Below are positions 13,147 through 26,648 of a stretch of 64,000 nucleotides of DNA, piece by piece. The notes beneath the pieces are model-generated. The model worked only from the letters and a program-made list of their open reading frames with translations. It searched no databases and was not told the DNA's origin. Position numbers and translations under genes: made by a program. The stretch spans positions 7,316,001-7,380,000 of the forward strand of contig OZ024758.1 in NCBI GenBank assembly GCA_964016885.1, read 5' to 3'. This DNA is from Eledone cirrhosa (lineage: Eukaryota). Position 1 is the first letter of the stretch; every line of letters starts with the position of its first letter.

Positions 13147-13576
13147 GGATTGGCAGTATCGGTAGAGGTCGGACGCCATGGGTGGTGGATTGGCAGTATC
13201 GGTAGAGGGTCGGACGCCATGGGTGGTGGATTGGCAGTATCGGTGGAGGGTCGGACGCCATGGGTGGTGGATTGGCAGTATCGGTGGAGGGTTTGACACC
13301 ATGGGTGGTGGATTGGCAGTATCGGTGGAGGGTCGGACGCCATGGGTGGTGGATTGGCAGTATCGGTGGAGGGTCGGACGCCATGGGTGGTGGATTGGCA
13401 GTATCGGTAGAGGGTCGGACGCCATGCTTTTCAGCATAGTTACGTCCCTTTACGATCTGAGTTCAAATCCCGCCGAGGTTGACATTGCCTTTCATCCTGA
13501 CGGGGTCGATAAAATAAAGTACCAGTAATGTACTCTGGGTAATTGCTGGCCTTGTGCCTAAAGTAGAAAAAATTAT
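13147..13576 (+). mobile_element. Full-length tRNA-derived SINE with its 41-bp 5' head repeated 7 times
   Basis: gggtggtggattggcagtatcggtRgagggtcggacgccat units at 13180, 13221, 13262, 13303, 13344 and 13385, plus a partial unit at 13147. B box gagttcaaatc and SINE body follow. Confidence 0.92.
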
Positions 13577-13626
13577 TTAATAGACATATCCGGTGTGGTA
13601 GTATCTAGAATTTCTCTTCATACATA

Positions 13627-13830
13627 CGAGGGTTGGCTGAAAGGTTGACAGGCTGACCAAGATACTCTCATGGAATGACCAAATGAGGTTTACTTTTAAA
13701 CATAGTCCCTGCAAAGAAACACTGCAGTTGAAATTGAGTTGAAAAAGAGTTGAAATTGTTGAATGCAATATTTCACAGCTCTAGCATCACTTCTTCATAG
13801 TCAGACTATAAACTTTCCAACCTACCCTCG
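13627..13830. mobile_element. Mariner-type non-autonomous DNA transposon (MITE)
   Basis: TA|cgagggttggctgaaaggtt ... aactttccaacctaccctcg|TA: imperfect TIRs with a TA target duplication. Confidence 0.8.
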
Positions 13831-13871
13831 TACATATTTATACACGAGTCTCTGTGAGAGAAATAGAAATA

Positions 13872-14246
13872 ATTATTTCTACTGTTGGCACAAGGCCAGC
13901 AATTACCCCAGTGCATTACTGGTACTTTATTTTATCGACCCCGTAAGGATAAAAGGCAAACTTTACTTCGGCAGGATTTGAACTCAGATCGAAAAGGGCC
14001 GCAACTCTATGCTGGAAAGTATGGCGTCCGTTCATCTACCGATACTGCCAATGGGGAAACAATTGTTTCTACTTTTGGTACAAGGCCAGCAATTACCCAG
14101 TACATTACTGGTACTTTATTTTATAGACCCCGTAAGGATGAAAGACAAAGTTAATCTCGGTCGGATTTGAATTCAGAAAATAAAGGGGCATAACTCTATG
14201 CTGTAAAACATGGCGTCCGGCCCTCTACCGATACTGCCAATCTACC
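13872..14246 (-). mobile_element. Two tandem copies of the dominant SINE
   Basis: Reverse-complement SINE body and head at ~13872-14051 and ~14057-14246. Confidence 0.9.
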
Positions 14247-14499
14247 GACAGACTCTATGAAAGCAACAGAGTGTCTGTAGACCAAACTGATTGAAGCAGA
14301 CGTTAGGAAATGCCACAAAAAAGTATCCAATTAAAACTGCCCCCTTCCTTCGCCGGTATCATGGCGGCTCCATGGCAGCGATTCACTTCAATGCTTTATT
14401 TGTACACAGCATGTTATCATGTTCTCCGGAAATGTTGAAAGAAATGTTTCGATCAAGATTTAAAAGTACACCTCCCTTAAAGATATGTTACTAGGAGAT

Positions 14500-15219
<720 letters not shown>

Positions 15220-15221
<2 letters not shown>

Positions 15222-15300
15222 CGAAGGAATTGTGGTAAGGAACCGGATGGACCATAACGCACCAAAGTACTCAATACTTAGGGTAGTAGAGTGGGTAATA
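15220..15300 (+). mobile_element. Arm-only copy of the TA-embedded repeat seen at 6722
   Basis: aacgaaggaattgtggtaaggaacc...gggtagtagagtgggtaata directly after (TA)n. Confidence 0.8.
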
Positions 15301-15602
15301 TGAATGTATATACAGTGTATTTTGCAATACACTGTATGCTTAATTAAAAGCATTTTGAAGACCATACGCTATTGTTTTAAAGTAGTGACAGTGTCACTTA
15401 CTTCTATTTTCAGCAAACAAGGGGAGATAAGCTGACAGAGCTCTGTTTCGTACTTGTTGGTACTTATCAAAGTTCACTACTCCTCCTGTCTGCTGAAAAT
15501 GATGAATGTTGGATTCTTATAGAATTCCAGTAATAATAGGGAACTGATTATACAGAGCGGTTGCCTTGCCAGCAACAATTGAAAATTAGAATTGGTGCTC
15601 TG

Positions 15603-15640
<38 letters not shown>

Positions 15641-15687
15641 CTACTGTTGTATATACTATATATATATATAGCTATTCTGGCAAATAC

Positions 15688-15744
<57 letters not shown>

Positions 15745-15901
15745 TCACGCACACACATATAATGACGACATATATATAGTATATAACACAATAGCTATAT
15801 ATATACATATAAATATATATATATATATATTTATATGTATATAAAAACCTATTGTGGCAAATACTGTATATACACACACACACACACACACACATATATA
15901 A

Positions 15902-15951
<50 letters not shown>

Positions 15952-15994
15952 GTATATATATAGCTATTGTGTTATATACTATATATATGTCATC

Positions 15995-16110
15995 ATTGTG
16001 GTATATAGGTATATACAGAAAGAAGTAGTTATTGTGGTATATAGGTATATACAGAAAGAAGTAGTTATTGTGGTATATAGGTATATACAGAAAGAAGTAG
16101 TTATTGTGGT
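15995..16110. repeat. 36-bp tandem repeat, ~3 copies
   Basis: attgtggtatataggtatatacagaaagaagtagtt repeated. Confidence 0.9.
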
Positions 16111-16401
16111 GTGTATATACACTATGCCGCCATTGTCGTCTCAACCATATACAGCCTCCAGAAGTGAAAAGCACTGATTTAAGAATGTAATCTATTATCC
16201 AACATATTTGTTTCCTGTTAAATAAATAATTATATTTAATAGGAATTCGCAACACAAATATATGGTAATACTTTAAATGAAAGTTATTTACATTCTGTCA
16301 AAATAATAATAAACGATTCACATCTGTGTGTGTGTGTGTGTTTGTGTGTTTGTGTGTGTGCGTTCATATAAAATAAATATGCAAACACATATGCCTAGTG
16401 C

Positions 16402-16448
<47 letters not shown>

Positions 16449-16453
16449 TTATC

Positions 16454-16487
<34 letters not shown>

Positions 16488-16526
16488 ATATATACATATA
16501 TATATATAAATATATATATATATATT

Positions 16527-16561
<35 letters not shown>

Positions 16562-16592
16562 GTATATATATATAAATATATATATATATATT

Positions 16593-16623
<31 letters not shown>

Positions 16624-16951
16624 GTATATATATATATATATGTATATATCTGTGTCTATGTATATGTATGTGCATGTACATGCGTGTGTGTGTATCTATA
16701 TACACATATACATGTGCGTCTATATGCAGCAACATAAGCACTGAAAACAATGAAAGTATATCAGGCACTAGGAACAAAATAGAGCGACACAAACATAAAT
16801 ATTCTTTCTTCAGCTGTCAGCTGGATGTCATAGTAGTTTCGGTTCCTATTGGGTGATATTTACTTACCAGTAATACGAGTAATTATAGGAACAACACAAG
16901 ATACATATTAGAGTTTTTCAATCGAAATATGAATCGGTATTTTGACATGTC

Positions 16952-17225
<274 letters not shown>

Positions 17226-17403
17226 GTTCTTTTATATTTATAATCTGTGATATTGTAACATTACTGTGATCGGAAAATTTACCGATTAGATTAAATTCTG
17301 AACTCTCTTTTACCTATCTTGCTGTAGACTATAAAATCATATTGAGCTTTTAAAATGTTCTTTGTCTTTATATGGTTGTATTGCCAACTCATTATATACT
17401 CAT

Positions 17404-17509
17404 ATCCCGCCGAGGTTAACTTTGCCTTTCATCTTTACGGGGTCGATAAAATAAAGTACCAGTAAGTAATATACTGGGTAATTGCTGGCCTTGTGCTTAA
17501 AATAGAAAC

Positions 17510-17514
<5 letters not shown>
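17404..17514 (+). mobile_element. 5'-truncated dominant SINE
   Basis: atcccgccgaggttaactttgcctttcatc...ggccttgtgcttaaaatagaaacaatt. Confidence 0.88.
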
Positions 17515-17549
<35 letters not shown>

Positions 17550-17699
17550 TTATGTCTGTGTGTGTGAGTGAGTATGATTGTGTTGAAAAAACTTGAGTGC
17601 CCTCCATTAAACCCATGTCTAGACAAGACCCGCACAGGACTCAACGACTCTATTAGTAATAAGCACCAGCCTCTAGTATTGAGGATAACATGTTTTACC

Positions 17700-18200
17700 C
17701 CACGTCTAGCACAGATATGAATAATCTTCTATAATATGCTTTTTGTTGGCATCCTTCCTCACCAATTCTACCACTCTCCGCCTCAGACAACTGAAACTTC
17801 TCCCAGTTTACTACCAGTTTCGATAGATCTGTGCCAAGAGGGGGCTTAAGAAATCTGGTATATAACAATGAAGCTCGCAGGAAGACCATCCAGTCCTGTG
17901 GACCTATTTCTGGCATATCTGGACATAGTGTCTGCTATTTGAGAAGCTAAAATCTTATTTAGACACCACCCCCACTCCACTTCCTCTGTTGTTATTTTCT
18001 GATGACTTCCCTTGTAGGTATCGAACTCCGCCGTGTCAAATTCACCGCTTCTCATAAATGGTTCCGTAATGCACTTTTGAAAATCAACACAAATCCGCAT
18101 GGATGAGAATACCGCACGCTCCTTATTCGGTTCATGAAAAACGTGATCATGTCTCAGTGTTTCGACTACACGCCTTTCACACTTGCACTCATCAAACAGC
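17700..18200 (-). mobile_element. Decayed Tx1/L1-clade LINE ORF2 fragment
   Basis: Minus-strand ORF contains RNRSTGLDGLPASF (cf. the KSPGxDGLPxEF motif ahead of the RT), followed after frameshifts by PLLAQIYRNW and VELVRKD-like segments. Confidence 0.65.
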
Positions 18201-18854
18201 TTCGTTGCCTTCGGGATTTATAACAATATTCTGTTTAGTGTCGAAGTATTGATCATGTGATATTTTCATCGCCAATACTTTGGTTACAATATACTTTCTA
18301 ACATCCGTTTCTAAATTAATTATTGATTTCCCCAATGTCTAACACTTACCAATCCTACATATGTTTTCCTTTTCCACCCCTCCGCCATTTGCAGATTATA
18401 TCAATACCTACTTAACTAGAACGCTAATCCAGTTTCTGTGGACTTTTCGCACTGTAAATGGTGCAATCAGCTCCCAATATCTGTCTACTTGTATATATGT
18501 TCTCTTTAGGTTGACCCTAGAGGTAACTTGTTATTTATAGAGCTAAGCACATGAAAATGTGAGCACTTTATGTTATCTCTCTCCATTATTCTAATAAAAC
18601 TACTAGATGATTAAGTTGAGATCGAAGGTATTTGAACTCAAAATTCCGCAAAGAATTTTATCTGAAACCTAAACGTCTCTGTAAATAAAACCTTAAACAT
18701 TTCTACTATTATTGCCAAGAAAGATGACGAAGAGGGATGTGTATTGTAATAGGATAGGTAGTTGGATTGATAAGTATAGATTATTAATTACAAATCCTGA
18801 GTAGTAATCTGAACAAATAAATTCCCGTCGAATGATAAATTCAGATTATATATT

Positions 18855-19458
18855 CAGTAATTTCCCGTTTATCCCGGAGGATGAGTTCCAGAACCAACCG
18901 CGATAAATAAAAATCCGCGATATAGAGACCATAAAGACAACCGTTATTTTCATAGTTTAAGCCTTAACATACCTCTCCTACATGCTTTAAATACACTTTT
19001 CTATTCAAACACCAAAACACACTTTTGTATTAAAACACACTTTTGTATTCAAACACCAAAAACAGTCAGTACCGATCGTACCACTAATTACCAATGACGA
19101 TCATTACCAGTCACGTTAGCCCCTTGGTAATACACTGCACACCTCCCATCAATCTATGAAGGATTTATAGAAGATTAGAGAAAAACACAATCAGTAAAAC
19201 AGTAATGGAGTGAAAAATAAAAACATGCCCCTTCCTTACGTTATACACTTCAATCACATCAAAACTTATTTAATAAGTTTAAATTTTAAACACTTTTTAT
19301 TCAAATGTACGTACCGCGATAAGAAAATAGATATGTTCTAATGAAAAATCCGCGATGTAGCGGGGATTACCGCAATAGGAAATTAGATATGTTCCAAAGA
19401 AAAATCTGCGATGTAGCGGACCGCGAAAAGTGAACCGCGATATAGCGGGGGGTTACTG
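18855..19458. mobile_element. Tigger/pogo-type non-autonomous DNA transposon
   Basis: TIRs cagtaatttcccgtttatcccgg / ccgcgatatagcggggggttactg|TA, with subterminal ccgcgat repeats. Confidence 0.8.
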
Positions 19459-21321
19459 TATATGTTTTTCCATATTAAAAATGTTTGATTTCATTATTGT
19501 ACCAAACTATGAGACTTTGATATAAAATACCGATTGAGCGAGCTAAACTGTATTCTAAAATACCATTGACTACGATAGATACTCCCTATTCTAAATTTCT
19601 AAATTCAGGTATCTTATGAGGGAGTGGGTCATTGATATTTATTATGTACTTATGAACGAAGTTGTTTTAAGCAAAATACAAGAGTTTCACTGTCAAAAAT
19701 GTACAAGAAGCTGACTATGCCATTAACCGCAACGTCATACCCTGATGTAAATTAAATGCTTATAGAATTATTGGGAATACATTATAACAACAATATAGTG
19801 CCAATAATATTGTTTAGAGTTTCTTTTCCTAATAAATTGGTAAATCAATAATTGTCACCATCACAACGGAAGTATTTATTAGTATTTATGAGAATGTTGG
19901 TCAGGTGAAGTAAACCTTAAAATGCCAGTAGATTCTGTAGAGAAATAATGACAAAAGGTCAGGTTTGATTCCACGTTCGAGACTTTTATTGAAAGATATA
20001 TAACAAATGAAAGTCGTAAATCATAATCTTGCTTAGATTTATCTACGCCATGCTGGTTTAACCGCTTATGTTCTTCGCCTACTTAAGCGGCCATCTATTT
20101 AGTGAAGGGTTGGTTGATACGTTTTCTGCAATCAAGAACGATAGCTTTGCCATGTTGAAGGAAACTTTAATCAACACAATTCAGCTATTATCGACCCTAA
20201 AGCTGAACAGAATTAGTTAATTTCTTTGAGTATGAATTTAATTCTAATTAAGTCTGTTTAGCTGTTGAACAATTATATGAATCACATGAACTGAAGCATT
20301 GACTGGCATGGTGACGGGGGCTGAAAATGTATTACAAGCAAAAAACTAAATAAAACGAGAAAAAAAAAAACGAAAAAAATAAATCGAAAAGAAACATAAA
20401 AAAAATGTTTCTGTTAAATGATTTAACTTGAAGCATTAAAAAAACCTATTTAGAAAAATTAACAAATTAAGCTAATCATAAAAAAATAACTGTTATTAGT
20501 TTGGAAGAACTCATCAAGTAAAAGGAGGAAACGAACATGTTCCGTGTATAATTTGTCGTTAAGTAGAAATTCAGATATTTAGGCAATTGTAAGGTTAAAT
20601 TGTTGGGTTCGTTGTCCTAGATGTGTAGGAATGATACTAGAGATAACAGGGAAAGAAATGTCGTTTTTGTAGGAATTGCATGTCAGATAATATAACGGAA
20701 AAATAATATTGATGGATGAGGAAAAGTGGGGAAAGCTAAAACCTCTGATTTAGTTATCTAGCTCAGCTAGCTTAGTTTTTCACCGAGTTTATTCTACTGA
20801 GTAGGACTTCCGGAAGATTCATTCACCCATTTATTGACTCCAGCCAATTCAATACCTACCAATTTCTGTTAGCTAATGGCTGCAAATGTTCTGGTAATAT
20901 ATAACCAGATGAAATGGGAGAACGCATTTAGGAAACTTCAATAAATGTTGAAACCCAATCCATGAGGGGTTTCTGTATAATGCCACGCAAAAGAACAAAC
21001 AGAACCTTAATTTCAAAGAGAAACACAACCATTGACATAGTATAGTGATTTATTAGATAACTAGACGATATTAGATGCTTAGCGCCCGAAATATGAGTTG
21101 AAATCCATCACGATTGGTTTAGATTTTGCTTTCTATAGGGATTTGTGTTATAAAGCTGACAAGAAAAACTGTCCAAATTAATCTGATTTATACAGTCATC
21201 TCAATACTAGTGGTAACTAAGTGAGACTCGTTAGTTTATCAAATAGAAGTTTAGATACTGATTGATTGAACTGTCATGTTGCTAAACAGTCGTAACGGAT
21301 CCACGTGGAATAAGACAAATA

Positions 21322-21738
21322 CAGTCAAACCTCGGTTCACGAATTTAATTTGTTCCTGAAGACTGGTCATCCAGGATATGTTCGTGAATCGAAACTATTT
21401 TCTCCCCATACGATACGAAATGTTGAGAGAGATGGTGTGGAGAATGGAGAGATAGAGAGAGAAAGAGAGTGAGAGTGGGACAGAGTGAGAGGGGGATAAA
21501 AGAGAGAGGGGGAGATGTGAGAGATGGGGAGAAGAGAGAGAGAAAGAGTCTGATAGGTATTACCATAGTAACTAACTACACGGCACGTGACGCTTTGCAG
21601 CCGATCCTCCAGGCTTATTGCCAACCGTTGTTGCCGGCTTGTGTGTTCGATACTCGAGACAGCATTCGTGGACCGAGACGTTTTATGTTCGGAAAAATTG
21701 TTCGTGATGAGAGGCGTTCGTGAGCCGAGGTTCGACTG
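21322..21738. mobile_element. Tigger/pogo-type MITE
   Basis: TA|cagtcaaacctcggttcacgaa ... ttcgtgagccgaggttcgactg|TA. Confidence 0.85.
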
Positions 21739-21793
21739 TATTCCTTTATTCTGACATTTATCAGGCGGATTCATGAACGTGGTGCATCCACCC

Positions 21794-21886
21794 GTGTTTA
21801 GGGTAGTGTTTAGGGTGGTGTTCAGGGTAATGTCCAGGGTAGAGTTAAAGGTAGTGTTTAGGGTAGTGTTCAGGGTAGTGTTTCGG
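21794..21886. repeat. Degenerate 12-bp tandem repeat (GTGTTTAGGGTA)n
   Basis: About 7.5 copies, some containing TTAGGG. Confidence 0.85.
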
Positions 21887-21915
21887 TGTGTATATATGTA
21901 TATATATGTATATTA

Positions 21916-22525
21916 TGTCAGGTCACCAGTTGGTGCTACTGGTAACATGTATCCCAGTACAACCTGTCCCATGGTCGGGTCGTTGGCGACTAAACTGGCA
22001 ACCCCACCAAGGTTTCTTGGTGAGGAGGGTGACTTTGGACATCCTGCAGGACTAAAAACAAAACCTGTCAAAGGGCAAAGGAGCTCTTAAGAGACAATGG
22101 GCATCCAAAATCACCGGGAGAGATGACCCCTTAGCCTTTGTCAAGGCAGAATTCTAGGAGAAGGAAAACTCTGATATAACACCTGCAACCCTGATGGTAT
22201 CCAATGATGTTGACTTGTTCTTCTTTTTGGTAAATATCATCTTGGTTAAGAGAGTGGGACTGGCTTTGTGCAGTGCCTTTGCTCACTATAAAAGCTTCAC
22301 GGCACAGGCATTGCTTTATATCTGGAGATCTCTCTGCACTTGTCGTCACATGGTACCATGGGCCCAGCACTATGTGTCAATAATTGTCACAAGTGTAGTG
22401 TTTGTACCAGAGTTTTCAAGTCGCTGGCTGGACTAAAAAGTCACACTCGTTCAGCGCATCGGTAGGGGTTCTCCTACATGGATATAAAGTAGTGGCCGTA
22501 CTCGAAAACGAGTTGGCAGCCACCA
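21916..22525 (+). mobile_element. ~610-bp non-autonomous RTE-derived retroelement, full copy
   Basis: Near-identical copies elsewhere in the window. The 3' end encodes [25 protein letters not shown] (C2H2 finger, as at RTE ORF ends), then stem-loop actcg-aaaa-cgagt and a (TATG/TA)n tail. Confidence 0.88.
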
Positions 22526-22529
22526 TATG

Positions 22530-22561
<32 letters not shown>

Positions 22562-22662
22562 AGGTAAACAGAAATAACAACACAATCGGTACAGTATATG
22601 GAAGGGATATATTAGGTTAACGCAGGAAGAGGTTCTTAACGTTTCGGATCATGTTAACATCT

Positions 22663-22705
<43 letters not shown>

Positions 22706-23136
22706 ATAATATACATACATGTATTCTTTCAGTTATTCCTGTATGTTATAAATAATGACCAATGCTGAATTTAAACGAATGGTATCAAGTATCAAATTGC
22801 TTCAGCTAATCTAGTCGACATTATGTTGATGTGCTGACTCAATACTCAGAGCTCTTAATCTTTCACCGTCTTCCTTTATATGGGGGATTGTATATATTTA
22901 CCAAGCAGTAAATAGATGCCTTTTGTTGTAAATAGTAAGGTTATATAATTGACCGGTGTTTCCATAGCTAAGATTTCTTTTGCTTTCTTTTTTGTTATTA
23001 ATATCGCTTAGAACAAAATGTTCTCCTTCAATCTAACTTGATAGAAATATACAATATGGCGACGACAGTTTCAAGTGATGTTTCTACGATGTAATAAATT
23101 ATGGAACTTCTCAACACCACTAATACGATAATATCT

Positions 23137-23193
<57 letters not shown>

Positions 23194-23949
23194 ATGTATC
23201 TTGATTCCTACAAGGAGTTTTTAAAAATCTCGATAAGAGAAGTATATTAATGGATGAAAGCAAAACTCTTTACAAATTCATATTTTATGGCTATGGACAT
23301 GTCTCCTGACATACCACCATATAAAATTACTTTCATACTAAGGTCTACGAACAGAAAGGAAATAACGATCGAAATAAGAAAGTTCTGGTTGGTATCACCA
23401 AAGAATTAACCACCAACTTTCATACGGATCAGATTGGGCCGCAAAGGATACAGATAAAAAAAAGTATTGTTTGCTTAAGCGACTGCTGTAACATTCCAAT
23501 AATAGTCATAGGATAACAGTTACTGCGCATGGCCATTACAGGCATCCTAAAATGGGTGAGATTGATGCAGTTAATGTTAGGTTGTAGGTCGGTGCCTGAA
23601 GAGAAATGTGGGTGGAGGAACAATTCTTTAGTGTTGCAATTCTGGAGAAAAAGATTCGAAGAAGTAATGTGTTACAGGGGGTTACACTGGATGGGTAACG
23701 AATGTTGGATATGTGTGGAGAGGGCATGGAGTTAGCGAGTTCAAATGAGTGGTTCCATTTTAGAAGAAATAGAATAGACAGAGAGAAGAGAAAGCTCATC
23801 TATGAGCAGATGATTGAAACCTGTAGATAACTGAATCTTTGCTGTATATATGATATATGTATATATGTATATATAGTGAAGAGTGCTCTATGTAAGTACC
23901 AGAGCAAAATTTAATGTATAATAAACAATACAATATAATTATGTTTTAT

Positions 23950-24027
23950 ATTGCCTCGTCCGACGAACGAATGAGGACGTTTCTTTCGTATTCGTCTTAT
24001 TCGGGAAACCTCTGGTAATGAGGCAAT
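23950..24027 (+). ncRNA. Type I hammerhead ribozyme-like motif with variant core CCGACGA
   Basis: Stem I attgcctcgt/atgaggcaat (10 bp); core cCGACGA; stem II cgaatgaggacg/cgtcttattcg; GAAAC; stem III acc-tct-ggt; GUA site at 24015-24017. Confidence 0.75.
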
Positions 24028-24031
24028 TATA

Positions 24032-24074
<43 letters not shown>

Positions 24075-24076
24075 TA

Positions 24077-24440
24077 GTTATACTTGGGGAGGGTCATATT
24101 TGTGTAATATTGCCAGAATTAATAACAGAACACACTCACTGTTTGGTTGGTTTTCGCTTCTCGCTGTCTTTTATATCGGTAATCTAACTTACTCGGTCCT
24201 CAATGTTGCCATTGACTGACTAACCGACGGTCAAAAATAATACAGATACAATATAGACACAAACACATATATATAGTTTATCATAAATCTTTCGTTGCAC
24301 ATCTGCAACATCGTCAGTGGTGTTATATTTTCAATGTGTTCTGTTATTAATTCTGGCAATATTACACAAATATGACCCTCCCCAAGTATAACAATATTTG
24401 TTTCGACACACGATTTCATATAAAAAACCTCGCAAAACTA
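24077..24440. mobile_element. Second copy of the 6090-type repeat, again with a partial inverted arm
   Basis: 24077-24133 is the reverse complement of 24336-24395; the body matches 6137-6367. Confidence 0.75.
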
Positions 24441-24451
24441 ATTCATCGCCG

Positions 24452-24502
<51 letters not shown>

Positions 24503-24872
24503 TAAAGTATTTGCTAATATGCATGATAATTCATTTTAAGAGTAAATCGGTTAAGTCAATTCTTCTCTATGAAGTCTGCAGGTAAAATATTTCATCTGCT
24601 CCATTACAAACGTTGATATTTATCTAAGAGGTTTTTATGTCTCATACTTTCTTTCGGTGGGAGAATGTTTCAATGTTAACTGAAAGCAATGGAAACTATA
24701 GAGATGTGTAGAGGGCGCTGGTGAGTGACGAGTGTTTGGATGAGGTAAGATGTGGAATTATACGGTTTTAGAGAGGCGGAGAAAAATGTTAATAATGAGT
24801 AGGAATAGAAACCTCAACTAATTAGCGATATTTTTAACACCTACAACAAATACACTGCCTTTCTCTCTCCCC

Positions 24873-24904
<32 letters not shown>

Positions 24905-24940
24905 CTATCTATATATCTATCTCTTTCTTTCTTTCTTTCT

Positions 24941-24982
<42 letters not shown>

Positions 24983-24985
<3 letters not shown>

Positions 24986-25083
24986 GAAGGAAATGTGGTA
25001 TGGAACCAGATAGACCATAACTAGTCCAGAATTAGCCGTCGAAACGGCTTGAGCTCTGCCGTCGGGGTCATACTTGTTCCTAT
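24983..25083 (+). mobile_element. Internally deleted copy of the TA-embedded arm + hammerhead-half repeat
   Basis: aatgaaggaaatgtggtatggaacc...gaattagccgtcGAAACggc-ttgagctct-gccGTCggggtc, flanked by (TA)n on both sides. Confidence 0.75.
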
Positions 25084-25129
25084 ATATATATATATATGTA
25101 TATATATATACATACATATATATATATAT

Positions 25130-25202
<73 letters not shown>

Positions 25203-25483
25203 CTTCACATATATATCAGCAATTATAAGTAAACACAAAGAAAATACAACGAACCAGTTATTTCACATAGAAAAAAAAGTTATTTATTATTAAAGAGAGA
25301 CATAAATACATGAATACGATGGCGGCCCCTCGTTATCGAGTATGGCCATTGCACGAAAAAAAAACACATAATAATAACAATAATAATAATAATAACAAGA
25401 ATAATATAACAACAACAATAAATTAAGACATACATACAGACATACATATATACAAGCATATTTACATACATATAGACATACAT

Positions 25484-25530
<47 letters not shown>

Positions 25531-25710
25531 TGCATATATACATATAGATGTCTATACAGACAAACACGCATATATACATACATATAGAGATACATACATA
25601 TATATATATGCATACATATATACATACATACAGATAGACAGACAAACAAGCATATATGCATACATATACACATACGTATATATATATATATACATGCATA
25701 CAAACATACA

Positions 25711-25742
<32 letters not shown>

Positions 25743-25891
25743 GGCAGACAGAGAGTTGGTTTTGTGAACATGGTGTGTATATAGTTTTTGTTTGATTGTG
25801 TTTATTGATTTTGTTATATATATATGTACACACACATATACACACATATGTATATTTATATATATGTGTGCGTGTGTATATATATATACAC

Positions 25892-25922
<31 letters not shown>

Positions 25923-26024
25923 CATATATATAGATATAGATATATATATGCACACACATACACGCATACACACACACATGTATATATATATATATGTACA
26001 TAAATATATATACATTATATATAC

Positions 26025-26118
<94 letters not shown>

Positions 26119-26330
26119 CTGTGTATATATATATGTATATATATATAGATATATGCATTATATATACATATATACACAGATATATATATATTTATTGGAT
26201 ATTAGTCTTCAAATGTATTATTATTACTATATATATATATATATATATATATACGTATATATATATATATATGTATATATATATGTATATACATATATAT
26301 ACACACAGATATACATATATATACACATAG

Positions 26331-26394
<64 letters not shown>

Positions 26395-26529
26395 TGTATG
26401 TTTATGTCATATATTGACCCACTCTTCAACAAACTATTTTATTTAAAAGCAACATCTATTTTATTCTCATTGTCTGTATATTTTTTCAACACCAATTCTG
26501 CTATTAATAATTCTGCTATTGTTTTGTAC

Positions 26530-26648
26530 TGTTGTTCTGCTGTTCTGTTGTTCTGCTGTTCTGCTGTTCTGTTGTTCTGCTGTTCTGCTGTTCTGCTGTT
26601 CTGTTGTTCTGCTGTTCTGCTGTTCTGTTGTTCTGCTGTTCTGCTGTT
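26530..26648. repeat. (TTCTGCTG/TTCTGTTG)n 8-bp tandem repeat
   Basis: Read directly. Confidence 0.9.

Noticed and set aside
13147-13430. CRISPR-like appearance of the 41-bp repeats (also the 82/83-bp and 21-bp arrays)
   Set aside because: The repeats are contiguous without unique spacers, there are no cas genes, and the context is eukaryotic.
22194-22436. Recurrent 80-aa ORF MVSNDVDLFF... and its antisense 79-aa ORF in several places
   Set aside because: Identical because they lie in a young repeat; the informative frame is the short C2H2 tail, and nothing supports a functional peptide.
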